From Thermodesulfobacteriota bacterium (GTDB lineage: Bacteria > Desulfobacterota_D > UBA1144 > Nemesobacterales > JAZGCJ01): 29,041 nucleotides of DNA. The position numbers and the translations under genes were made by a program. Position 1 is the first letter of the stretch; each line of letters starts with the position of its first letter. This document shows, one piece after another, positions 9,321 to 17,616 of the stretch. The DNA lies in contig JAZGCJ010000206.1 in assembly GCA_036476895.1 (NCBI GenBank), positions 1 through 29,041 on the forward strand, given 5' to 3'. Under the pieces are notes generated by a model. It searched no databases. It had not been told where the DNA came from and worked only from the letters and a program-made list of their open reading frames with translations.

Positions 9321-9717
9321 TAACAACACGATGATTTATATTAATGGTCTCTTACAGTTGGAAGGTAAGACAAACGATTACATGATTTATGATGGGATGG
9401 TACTATTTACATCTCAATTGAACGAAAATGATGTGGTTCAAAAAGTAACTATAGGTGGGAAGATAACTATGAATAAGGGTGGAAAATATGGTTCTCTATT
9501 GAAAGAAACTTTTAAAGGCTCAGAGTTTATGAGTAACCAACTAGAATCAATCGTTAAGAACTATGCTCGGTATCGACAGTTTTATTCTCCACAACAAATA
9601 AAGGATATGATTATTAAATTTGGGGTAAACAATTTGAAAATCATTGATACGCTAAAGCGTATAAATTTACTTTATACGCCTAAGCGTATAAAACGTAAGA
9701 GAGCGAAAACACGTTGA
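9283..9717 (+). CDS. NNLEAID-tag family protein (…IKFGVNNLKIIDTLKRINLL) with basic tail
   Basis: Conserved module; the true start may be the ATG at 9331. Confidence 0.5.
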   Translation: MTYWRNMDSYKFNNNTMIYINGLLQLEGKTNDYMIYDGMVLFTSQLNENDVVQKVTIGGKITMNKGGKYGSLLKETFKGSEFMSNQLESIVKNYARYRQFYSPQQIKDMIIKFGVNNLKIIDTLKRINLLYTPKRIKRKRAKTR

Positions 9718-9739
9718 TTTATGGGTGTAAAGAAAAGAC

Positions 9740-9767
9740 TTGATAAAAGACTACATTCTGTTATACT
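9740..9767 (+). promoter_or_regulatory. sigma70/sigA-type promoter TTGATA-16-TATACT
   Basis: -35 at 9740-9745, -10 at 9762-9767, in the only gap of this gene array. Confidence 0.5.
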
Positions 9768-9840
9768 GATTAATCGGAAAGCATTAAAAGAGAATTACAA
9801 AATGTCCTGTAATAAACATAAAGGAAAGAGGGTGAAGAAA

Positions 9841-9975
9841 TGATGGAATTATTGATGGTTCTATTTACGATATCTCTCACGGTAGCAGCAGGGGCAACTG
9901 GTATTCTTATTGCTGCAACAAATCTTCAAGGGTATTGGCACCTGCCGTGGGGACGTTTGGACTTTATTCCATATT
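9841..9975 (+). CDS. small membrane protein (44 aa, one TM helix)
   Basis: AAGGAAAGAGGG RBS; hydrophobic core LFTISLTVAAGATGILIAA. Confidence 0.35.
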
Positions 9976-10055
9976 GATATACCTATTATGAGAACTCAGA
10001 AAAGAATGAAAGGTCTATCAGGATTTTTGTTGGTAATAGTGTTATTCATGCAACC

Positions 10056-10319
10056 ATGAAAACAGGTATGACTCCAGATGGAATATTTGATTATTATGCA
10101 ATGGTTATAGAAGGTATTGGGGATCACTACAAACTGGCTCCAGGAAGAGGTGCTGATATCTTAGCAATAAATAAAGCTATAAATCGCTTAGGAGCAGGTA
10201 GTGTGGGGACTAAGAATCCAATCACGATAGATACTCAGTTGCATGAAGAATTTAAAAAGTTGATAGGGCAAATCGATAATCTTAAATACACAGAGAGAAT
10301 AGGAAACGAACAGAAATGA
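10056..10319 (+). CDS. hypothetical protein (87 aa)
   Basis: ORF; ATGA coupling downstream. Confidence 0.55.
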   Translation: MKTGMTPDGIFDYYAMVIEGIGDHYKLAPGRGADILAINKAINRLGAGSVGTKNPITIDTQLHEEFKKLIGQIDNLKYTERIGNEQK

Positions 10320-10522
10320 AGAAGCTAAGATTTTTCATCTTCGGGGCAGTCCTTAGCACAATACTAAGCAACGATTTTAACATCATGTTGCTTGATCCAA
10401 CATGGTGGATTGTAGTGGCGTTTGGATTTGTAGTTTATGCACTTATAGAATATACTCTCATTACGCCAGCAATAAAGGATTTCATAGCTTTCATGAAAAA
10501 AAGACAAAGGGGAAAGAAATGA
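10316..10522 (+). CDS. small integral membrane protein (two TM helices)
   Basis: FIFGAVLSTILS and WWIVVAFGFVVYALIEYTLI hydrophobic segments. Confidence 0.55.
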   Translation: MKKLRFFIFGAVLSTILSNDFNIMLLDPTWWIVVAFGFVVYALIEYTLITPAIKDFIAFMKKRQRGKK

Positions 10523-10866
10523 ATAAGAGAGGATGGACATTAATTGAAACCATGATCATGGTAGCAATCATCGGAATAGTGTTAGCAGTTATTATTCCGA
10601 AGGTGTTTCCAGATAAGAAGGCACAACTGGAAAGACAACAACAAGAACAAAGACTGGAAAAGGAAAAGGTTCGTACCGAGGAAAACAAGACAAATGCGGA
10701 CTACATTGTAACTCTAATGCAGGGAACACAAAAACTTCAAATCTATCATGTTACACGGTATGACTTTGAAGATGAAGGTCGTATAAGATTAACAATGTTC
10801 TCTGGTCCTGATAAACTATTAGTAATTCCCACAGGACATTATGTAGAGATTGAGGAGACACAATGA
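10519..10866 (+). CDS. type IV pilin / pseudopilin-like protein (class III prepilin signal)
   Basis: N-terminus MNKRG|WTLIETMIMVAIIGIVLAVIIP: short basic leader, Gly at -1, Glu at +5, about 20-aa hydrophobic helix (prepilin-peptidase substrate signature); ATGA coupling. Confidence 0.6.
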   Translation: MNKRGWTLIETMIMVAIIGIVLAVIIPKVFPDKKAQLERQQQEQRLEKEKVRTEENKTNADYIVTLMQGTQKLQIYHVTRYDFEDEGRIRLTMFSGPDKLLVIPTGHYVEIEETQ

Positions 10867-11192
10867 AAGAGCGACATATGTGGTTCGTCCTGATAGCATT
10901 AGTTATTGGGGCGTTAGTATTCGTTACGTCAGGGTGTTGTAAGAAAACTACAACAGAGGGTAAGACTTTAATCGACGGAACAACCGCTACAACAACCACC
11001 ACGACGCAAGGTAGTAAATATGTGAACACACGGAAGAAAAGTGGGGGGCGGTTAGAAACCGTTCATAATCAGCGTTGGTACAAAGTCTTTCGAGTTAAAG
11101 TACCTGATGGGTGGATTGTGATTTATGATGGAGCAGAGGGTGCTGGGTTGGTGGTTTATTCTGATCCCGAACATCAGTGGATATTGGATTAG
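10863..11192 (+). CDS. putative lipoprotein with Thr-rich linker
   Basis: Signal peptide MKERHMWFVLIALVIGALVFVTSGC with lipobox-like VTSGC, then TTTTTTQ linker. Confidence 0.5.
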   Translation: MKERHMWFVLIALVIGALVFVTSGCCKKTTTEGKTLIDGTTATTTTTTQGSKYVNTRKKSGGRLETVHNQRWYKVFRVKVPDGWIVIYDGAEGAGLVVYSDPEHQWILD

Positions 11193-11392
11193 AGAACTTT
11201 ATAATGCTAAAAAATAGCCATACCTTATCAGCAATAGAAAAGAACGAAATCATGACTTATCTGAAAGCTAATCCAACAGATCAAGAAGCGATTCCAGATT
11301 TGATGAAGAAATACAATTGTACTGAAACAACGATTACATGCCTTGTTATTGAGGATATGGGGTTAGACCTTGCGAAAGAAGAAAATAAATAA
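11177..11392 (+). CDS. hypothetical protein (71 aa)
   Basis: ORF in operon array. Confidence 0.5.
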   Translation: MDIGLENFIMLKNSHTLSAIEKNEIMTYLKANPTDQEAIPDLMKKYNCTETTITCLVIEDMGLDLAKEENK

Positions 11393-11642
11393 CGATAATA
11401 ATTTTGTCCGACTCTGGAAGTTCGTTCAGAGTCTCTTTTCTCCTGTTACCAGAGCAGTATATGGGTATGAACGAGAATCTATTGAGGAGTTGGTGCGTGC
11501 CTTAGAACACCAATATCAAGGGTTTACAAAAGTAAATCCTATACCTCCCTGGATGGTTGATCTGTTAAAAGAAAAGAAGAAAGGTAAACGAAAAGGGGGC
11601 AGTTCCGGTGAAACTGGCATTAGACATTCATGGAGTGATTGA
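11370..11642 (+). CDS. hypothetical protein (90 aa)
   Basis: ORF; overlaps both neighbours. Confidence 0.45.
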   Translation: MRKKKINNDNNFVRLWKFVQSLFSPVTRAVYGYERESIEELVRALEHQYQGFTKVNPIPPWMVDLLKEKKKGKRKGGSSGETGIRHSWSD

Positions 11643-11997
11643 TAAAAGACCAAAATTTTATGCAGCATTGTGTCAAGCTCTTGTGACTGGTGGAATTGAA
11701 GTTCATATCCTTACCGGAACACATTTAGAACATGGTATCTATAAGGAACTTAAGAAGTACGGATTTAAAGAGGGAGTTCATTACACCCATCTGTTTTCAA
11801 TTGCAGATTATCACAAAGAGAGAGGAACAAAAATGTGGGGAGATTTACAGAACCCTTGGATGGAAGACCAGCCGTAGAATAGAACCAAAGGTGATTATTG
11901 TGAACGAGAAAAGGTTGACCTGTGTATAGATGATAAGTGGGACTATCTGGATTACTTCTCAACTCCAATCGCAATATATAGGGACAGTGGAAAATAA
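11608..11997 (+). pseudogene. HAD-superfamily (NT5C-like 5'-nucleotidase type) hydrolase interrupted by an in-frame TAG at 11875-11877
   Basis: GTG start after AAGGGGG. N-terminal part has motif I-like LDIHGVID and motif II ILTGT. The same frame continues after the TAG with …VDLCIDDKWDYLDYF… (HAD motif IV DD). TAG is used as a true stop by other genes here (ends at 8381, 17799, 28312). Confidence 0.5.
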
Positions 11998-12272
11998 TGA
12001 GTGATTGTAAATGTTCAGAACAAATAGCTCGACTGCGGATTAGGTTACGAATCCTCGAACGCTATATGGCCGAACTCATGTTGAAGAGAGATCGTCAGCA
12101 GTTACGAGATGGGGTGCCGGACGAATATAAAGAGTGGCCGTTAGATTCGTGTGAAGACTGTCATCATATACGGCAGGAACATGCCTACAATCTCTATCAT
12201 TGTCAGCGTAGGAAAGATGATGAACGATGTAAATGTAATGAGTTTATCTTTCAGGAGGTTCCGGCGGAATGA
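11997..12272 (+). CDS. Cys/His-rich small protein (putative zinc binding)
   Basis: CKC…CEDCHH…HCQ…CKC pattern; ATGA coupling. Confidence 0.5.
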   Translation: MSDCKCSEQIARLRIRLRILERYMAELMLKRDRQQLRDGVPDEYKEWPLDSCEDCHHIRQEHAYNLYHCQRRKDDERCKCNEFIFQEVPAE

Positions 12273-12787
12273 TGGATATAATCTTTGGGGCGGGTTTAGC
12301 GTCTGCGGTCTTCATATTATTTCTTTTTATTTGGACGGGCCTTTTAGACAAAGAGATTAAGCCTTTTTTACTACACAGATTTTTCTATCCGAAACTACCG
12401 TTTAAGTTTCCATATCGATATGCATTAGCGAAATGGGAGAGAGCAGAGTTTCATACGAAGAACCAATGTAGAGAAATTACGATAAAAGGTAAGGTCGCCA
12501 CTTGGTTTGGTATCTTAGAAGTTGGAGTTAAGGAGAATGGGTTATGGGGCTATACAATTTTTCTATTAAAAGGTGTTGGGACAAAAGAAGGATTTGTTCT
12601 TGAACCCGACACTGATTTAATTCGGTTGCTAAATGAGGGGAAAGACTTTTCAAGGATTTTTAAAGAGCACGAAATTGAATTACACATGGAATCGGATTTA
12701 GGGACCAAGATGAAAGAGTTAGAAACTAAAATCAATAACTTGAAAGTGATTGAGAGGATAACAGATGAAGCTGATAGAAACTCCTGA
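12269..12787 (+). CDS. hypothetical protein with N-terminal TM helix and degenerate tag (…KINNLKVIERITDEADRNS)
   Basis: 172-aa ORF. Confidence 0.55.
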   Translation: MMDIIFGAGLASAVFILFLFIWTGLLDKEIKPFLLHRFFYPKLPFKFPYRYALAKWERAEFHTKNQCREITIKGKVATWFGILEVGVKENGLWGYTIFLLKGVGTKEGFVLEPDTDLIRLLNEGKDFSRIFKEHEIELHMESDLGTKMKELETKINNLKVIERITDEADRNS

Positions 12788-13160
12788 GATTGAGTATGAG
12801 GAGCAAGAAGTACAATATAACGGAGAACATCCTTATGTTAAGGATTTGGTGTCAAATGAACGGCATCCAGTCACAGCACATACGCATGAATTGGTGTGGA
12901 GGGTGTGGCCTGTAACAGACAGTCGGTTATACAAGTTGAAATACTGGGGATCAATAGAGCGGGAACTGATAGCTTTTGAAAACCAGCATCAACCACCGTT
13001 TTTTATTTATTTAGGAGCAGACTTTAAAATCCCTTATTTATCTTTAGCTGATCCGTCCTTGCCATCGTTGAGTAATTTAGAATTGGTGGAATACATTGGA
13101 CAGAAAAGGATTGAATATGAAGAGTTTTTAGTTAGACTTAAGACTGGACAAAAGCGGTAA
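12765..13160 (+). CDS. hypothetical protein with degenerate tag (…SLSNLELVEYIGQKR…)
   Basis: 131-aa ORF. Confidence 0.5.
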   Translation: MKLIETPEIEYEEQEVQYNGEHPYVKDLVSNERHPVTAHTHELVWRVWPVTDSRLYKLKYWGSIERELIAFENQHQPPFFIYLGADFKIPYLSLADPSLPSLSNLELVEYIGQKRIEYEEFLVRLKTGQKR

Positions 13161-13173
13161 AATCTTGTATAAT
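13145..13173 (+). promoter_or_regulatory. strong sigma70/sigA promoter TGGACA-17-TG-TATAAT
   Basis: -35 TGGACA at 13145-13150; extended -10 TGTATAAT at 13166-13173 with perfect hexamer; 33 nt before the gene at 13206. Confidence 0.6.
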
Positions 13174-13205
13174 AAGAGTGTAGGTATTCAACCAGGAACG
13201 GGGAT

Positions 13206-13640
13206 ATGATTATGGATACTTTTGACGAACACGAACACAAAGCTTTATTAACTGATGTTGTTAGCGGGATTGCATTTGAGGTTGAATTAAAGAGAACGCA
13301 TCGCATTGATCTAGCTATGTCAATGAGACATGATGGTTTGTATGAGGTCAAATTGAAAGAACCTATGTTAGCAAAACAGGCATTCTTTTTGATAGATCGT
13401 CCATTTGTATTTAAGGTGTGGGATATGTTAAGTAGTCATGAGGTTCCCGTTATCGATGATTTTGTTGTGACAGATATTAATTCAGAGCTATTAACAAATA
13501 TTGCACTGGATAAACATCGTCCCTATTTGAGGGAAATTATTTTGCGAAAGATAAACAATTTACAAGTAGTTGACTTAACTGAGAAGTTCAAAGAGAAAGA
13601 CAGAAAGACCAAACTAAAAATGAAACAAAAGGAGAAATAA
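13206..13640 (+). CDS. hypothetical protein with degenerate tag (…RKINNLQVVDLTEKF…) and Lys-rich tail
   Basis: 144-aa ORF downstream of the strong promoter. Confidence 0.55.
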   Translation: MIMDTFDEHEHKALLTDVVSGIAFEVELKRTHRIDLAMSMRHDGLYEVKLKEPMLAKQAFFLIDRPFVFKVWDMLSSHEVPVIDDFVVTDINSELLTNIALDKHRPYLREIILRKINNLQVVDLTEKFKEKDRKTKLKMKQKEK

Positions 13641-13642
13641 AC

Positions 13643-14542
13643 ATGCCGTTCCTACTAGCGACGATAGCATTAATCGTAGGCTTGGGACTCAAGTATGGAT
13701 TGAAGAGAGGGTTTGATGGAAAAGCCTTCTCTCGTGACTTGGTTCTATTTGGGTTTATTGCCTTCGGTGTAGCTGGTGTCATTAAAGCAATCACAATCGT
13801 GGATGCGGGACACCGAGTAGTAGTGTTTGATAGAATATCAGGTGTTAAACCGGATGCCTTGGGAGAAGGATTTCATCTCATTATTCCAGGTATTCAAGAT
13901 GCATTCGCATTTGATGTTCGAACACAGAAAGTAAACATTAAAGAAAATGCAGCGTCAAAAGATATGCAAGATGTTACAACCGAGCTTGCAATTCAATATC
14001 ATCCAGTCGCATCAGCGATGCCAATCTTATATCAACAGTTTGGTATTGGATATGTTGATAAGATCGTTCCACCTGCTGTTCAAGAATCATTGAAAGCGGT
14101 TACGGCCCTTTATACGGCTGAGGAACTTATCACGAGACGTGCTGAGGTTAAAGTTGCATTACACACAGCCTTGAAGTTAAAATTAGCTGAATCAAATCTA
14201 ATGTTGGTAGATGTGTTTATTACCGACTTCAAGTTCTCCAGTGCGTTTGCAAAGGCTATTGAGAACAAGCAGGTTCAGGAGCAAAAAGCTCTGGAAGCTC
14301 AGAGAAAATTGGAAGAAGTTAAATTCCAAGCTGATCAGAAGATTGCTCAAGCTAAAGCTGAAGCTGAATCTCTTAGACTTCAAAAGTCACAAATCACTCC
14401 GAATCTATTGAAACTTCGAGAAATCGAAGTTAGAGCTAAAGCCATTGAGAAATGGAATGGTGTTCAACCACGAGTTGTTATTTCCGGTCAGGGTGGAAGT
14501 GGACTCTTGTTGAATCTTGGTGGATTAGGTACAGGAAAATAA
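13643..14542 (+). CDS. SPFH/band-7 domain membrane protein (prohibitin/HflK/C-like)
   Basis: N-terminal TM segments, band-7 core (GHRVVVFDR…, …LIIPGIQDAF…DVRTQKV…), then Ala/Glu/Gln/Lys-rich coiled coil (QEQKALEAQRKLEE…AQAKAEAE) typical of prohibitins. Confidence 0.9.
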   Translation: MPFLLATIALIVGLGLKYGLKRGFDGKAFSRDLVLFGFIAFGVAGVIKAITIVDAGHRVVVFDRISGVKPDALGEGFHLIIPGIQDAFAFDVRTQKVNIKENAASKDMQDVTTELAIQYHPVASAMPILYQQFGIGYVDKIVPPAVQESLKAVTALYTAEELITRRAEVKVALHTALKLKLAESNLMLVDVFITDFKFSSAFAKAIENKQVQEQKALEAQRKLEEVKFQADQKIAQAKAEAESLRLQKSQITPNLLKLREIEVRAKAIEKWNGVQPRVVISGQGGSGLLLNLGGLGTGK

Positions 14543-14698
14543 ATTCAGTAAGAGTTTGGGGTGATCTCAGGATTACCAAAAACCCCACAATTTATGGAAC
14601 CAAAGACAATTAAAATACCAGTTGAATATCCACAGGAGATGGCTGATCGTCTTAGAGATGATGAACCTATCTACGATGAAGACTATATAGGGGGCAGT

Positions 14699-14871
14699 GA
14701 TGATTAAAAGTTTTATCTGTGGTGTATTATTATCAATGGTCTGCTGGATTACTTTGCTTATACTGTTTCCTATCTTAAGTGGATTGGGTATACTAATTGC
14801 TGGTGGATTGAGTTGTTTATTCGTATTTCTGTTCGAAATTCACAGGTTAAAACAGAGGGAACAAAATGATT
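14699..14871 (+). CDS. small two-TM membrane protein (57 aa) downstream of the SPFH gene
   Basis: ATG at 14699; hydrophobic CGVLLSMVCWITLLILFPILSGLGILIAGGLSCLFVFLF; ATGA coupling to the next gene at 14866. Confidence 0.4.
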
Positions 14872-15333
14872 AAGACAATAACAAAATATGTTGATCCGAT
14901 TTCAGGTCAAGAGTTCAAAACCAAAGAACACGCCAAAGCATCTGAGAAGCGTTCTCGTGATATTATGACAACCTTCGCTTTTTATAAAGAACCGAAAGAT
15001 CCGGGGTGTCAGTTTAGTAATGGGGAGTTCTGTATTCAGAGAGATAAAGAGTTTTACAACTGTTTAGTTGATGGTCTAATCAAAATGGTTAAGAAGTACG
15101 AGAAGTGGGTTTATAGTGAGTACAAAAAGAAACTCGGTGTAATGAAAAGAGAACATATACAAGGGTACAGCTTGCTTGGACGTTATCTTGATGATGGAGA
15201 TTCAGACCTTTATAAGTGGTGGGGAATTCAGGCTAATGTTTGTCCTAAATGTTTCAGAGAATATGGTCAACTTTATTATGCAAATAACTGCAAGCATAAC
15301 AACAGTATTGTAACAAGGACAATGAGGAACTGA
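14866..15333 (+). CDS. hypothetical protein (155 aa)
   Basis: GGGAACAAAATG RBS; Cys residues (CPKC…C) at the C-terminus. Confidence 0.55.
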   Translation: MIKTITKYVDPISGQEFKTKEHAKASEKRSRDIMTTFAFYKEPKDPGCQFSNGEFCIQRDKEFYNCLVDGLIKMVKKYEKWVYSEYKKKLGVMKREHIQGYSLLGRYLDDGDSDLYKWWGIQANVCPKCFREYGQLYYANNCKHNNSIVTRTMRN

Positions 15334-15337
15334 AAGT

Positions 15338-15565
15338 ATGAATGAGGCAGATCAAGCTTTGCGAAAGAGAGTGGGGACAATTAAGGATTTTTGGTTAGGG
15401 GACAATATGGACTGGCAGAAAGAATTGGGTAAAACTGATAAACTATTCGCAAAATTTATTCAAGAAGATTTGAAGGTGTTATTTAAGGCGTTGGATCATT
15501 ACGCAGTTGGTGAGCAAGAATTAAAAGATGAGATCGAGTATTTACGGAAAAAACGTGGACGATAA
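15338..15565 (+). CDS. hypothetical protein (75 aa)
   Basis: ORF in array. Confidence 0.55.
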   Translation: MNEADQALRKRVGTIKDFWLGDNMDWQKELGKTDKLFAKFIQEDLKVLFKALDHYAVGEQELKDEIEYLRKKRGR

Positions 15566-16172
15566 CTCTGAAAGATTTTTACAGTTCGTGAAGGGCGGTT
15601 GTAAAGACAGCAAGATTAATCTTGTTCTTAGTCCCGAAAGACAGGTAGAGACGGAAGGGATTAAATGCAATGGTTATTTTGACCACACTGATAAAATATT
15701 GACCGTTGCAACAGGACAGTCGTTTGATGCCTGGTTTAAGATTTTGGTTCATGAGTTTAGTCATATGAGACAGTGGATTGAGCAATGTAAAGCCTGGACG
15801 GAATCAGAAAAAGATGGGGATGCAAATGATACAATGGATAAGTGGTTGAATAGTACCGTTAATTTATCCAAGAAAAACAAGAATAAATTTGTTAACCGAG
15901 CCAGAGACTTGGAGTTGGACTGTGATAAAAGAGCATTAAACTGGATTCGGGCCTTTAAGTTACCTATTAATGAACGAGATTATATTAAACGAGCCAATGC
16001 ATATATTTACTTCTACACTTACATAAAAGAGACTCGAAAATGGTACACAATAGGAAAGGAGCCGTTTAATAATTGGTTATTGGTTCTTGCAATGCCAACT
16101 CATTTTGATAATGATTACGATAATCCACCGGAGGTAATAAAGAGACTGTACCGAGGCTGCATCGGAGAGTGA
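15528..16172 (+). CDS. putative HExxH zinc metallopeptidase (SprT/ImmA-like)
   Basis: ILVHEFSHMRQW contains the HExxH motif in a helical context; start uncertain (ATG 15528 or GTG 15555). Confidence 0.45.
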   Translation: MRSSIYGKNVDDNSERFLQFVKGGCKDSKINLVLSPERQVETEGIKCNGYFDHTDKILTVATGQSFDAWFKILVHEFSHMRQWIEQCKAWTESEKDGDANDTMDKWLNSTVNLSKKNKNKFVNRARDLELDCDKRALNWIRAFKLPINERDYIKRANAYIYFYTYIKETRKWYTIGKEPFNNWLLVLAMPTHFDNDYDNPPEVIKRLYRGCIGE

Positions 16173-16290
16173 TTATACTCCAGTTCTTGTTGTGGATAGT
16201 ATGGGGAATAGGTGCAATTTATGTCCTTCTCATAGTTCAAAGTTTTCTGACTCGTGTATTTTTAAGTCTAGTTTCAGGGAGAGAAAAGAA

Positions 16291-16422
16291 ATGGTAGCAA
16301 TCGCAGTTCACATCATATTCGGTTTGATGTTGTTGTTTGCAATGAAGTCGGAAGTCAAAGCACCAGAACAACCGTCAGACCCAGTACAAGTTGAGCAATT
16401 AAATGAAAAAACTTTGCAATGA
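16291..16422 (+). CDS. small TM protein (43 aa)
   Basis: AGGGAGAG RBS before the ATG at 16291; MVAIAVHIIFGLMLLFAM hydrophobic segment. Confidence 0.35.
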   Translation: MVAIAVHIIFGLMLLFAMKSEVKAPEQPSDPVQVEQLNEKTLQ

Positions 16423-16921
16423 GTGTGGTAAAGATAAAGAGCTAAAAGATTTTCCAAATCATATAGATGGTAAATTTGGAGTTACGAAAAAATGTAAAAT
16501 TTGTACCAGAATATATAAAAAAATCTATAGAAGTCAGCCTCATATAAAGAAACAAATAAAAGATTACAATACTGCTAATAGAAAAAAAAGAAATACATAT
16601 TATAGAGAATGGAATAAAAATCCAAAAAGAAAAGAATGGATGAGAAACTATAATCGTCAGCATAAATTAAAAAAGAATTATAACTTAACGTTAGAGGACT
16701 TTAATAACATGTTAAAGAAACAACAAAATTCTTGTGCCATATGCAATAATGTATTTAAGAGTGGTGCAAGATATATTCATGTAGATCATTGTCATAAAAC
16801 AAATAAAGTTCGTGGGTTACTGTGTCCTTATTGTAATGTTGGAATTGGTAATTTTTTTGACAAACAACATTTATTAAACAAAGCAATTAAATATTTAGAT
16901 AAATCTCAAAGAGGAGTTTAA
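16403..16921 (+). CDS. HNH endonuclease, Endonuclease VII family, with N-terminal Cys-rich/basic domain
   Basis: CAICNN…HVDHCHKTNKVRGLLCPYCNVGIG matches the EndoVII signature (C-x2-C…H-x-D-H-x-H…RGLLC-x2-CN); gene body is markedly AT-rich relative to its neighbours. Confidence 0.85.
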   Translation: MKKLCNECGKDKELKDFPNHIDGKFGVTKKCKICTRIYKKIYRSQPHIKKQIKDYNTANRKKRNTYYREWNKNPKRKEWMRNYNRQHKLKKNYNLTLEDFNNMLKKQQNSCAICNNVFKSGARYIHVDHCHKTNKVRGLLCPYCNVGIGNFFDKQHLLNKAIKYLDKSQRGV

Positions 16922-16922
16922 T

Positions 16923-17540
16923 ATGAAGATCCGCCCATATATTAGTGTGGATGTTGAATCGACTGGAATCGATGTTAACAATGACAAGATTCTTCAGTTG
17001 GCTATGGTATTTGATGATGGGGTGTCTTCGCTTGACAGCTTACATACGGTATCCTTTCTTGTTAATCCTGAATCGGAAGAGTTTCATGGAAGAATACAGC
17101 CTGTTGCCTTGAGTATGAATGCTTGGATTTTTGATAGTATTGCGGGGAAAACAAAATCTAAGTATCCAGTTTATGAACCAGCAGAGGCGAGAAAGATATT
17201 CAATGCAGAGATACGAGACTTCTTCTATAAGGTTCTAAATAAAGATGCTCGAACCAAAGAAGATAAAACAAAAAAGATCATGTTTGCAGGAAAGAATCTG
17301 CAAGGCTTCGATCTTTTATTGATGAAAAGTAACGGGTACTTTACAAGTGAGAATCAGAAGTATAGAGGAACACGAGCACTGGATGTTGGACCTCTTTATT
17401 TTCCTGAGTTTGGATATGTTCCTTGTTTGGGAGAAATCAATAAAATAACTCAAGGAACCAATGAGGTGAGTCATGATGCCTTGGATGATGCGTTTGATGT
17501 GGTCATGGCAGTACGACATAAAGCGGGGATGTTTACCTAA
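16923..17540 (+). CDS. DEDDh 3'-5' exonuclease (DnaQ/oligoribonuclease-like)
   Basis: Exo I ISVDVESTG, Exo II-like region, Exo III H-x4-D (SHDALDDA); AGGAG RBS. Confidence 0.8.
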   Translation: MKIRPYISVDVESTGIDVNNDKILQLAMVFDDGVSSLDSLHTVSFLVNPESEEFHGRIQPVALSMNAWIFDSIAGKTKSKYPVYEPAEARKIFNAEIRDFFYKVLNKDARTKEDKTKKIMFAGKNLQGFDLLLMKSNGYFTSENQKYRGTRALDVGPLYFPEFGYVPCLGEINKITQGTNEVSHDALDDAFDVVMAVRHKAGMFT

Positions 17541-17616
17541 TGGATAAAATTGACGCACTATTATTTGGTCTAATATCTCTTTGTGTAATGATAGCATTGA
17601 GTGGGATATTCATCTA

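Noticed and set aside
14543-14600. Possible terminator after the SPFH gene (GGGGT…ACCCC)
   Set aside because: 5-bp stem with a 20-nt loop and no U-tract. Not convincing.
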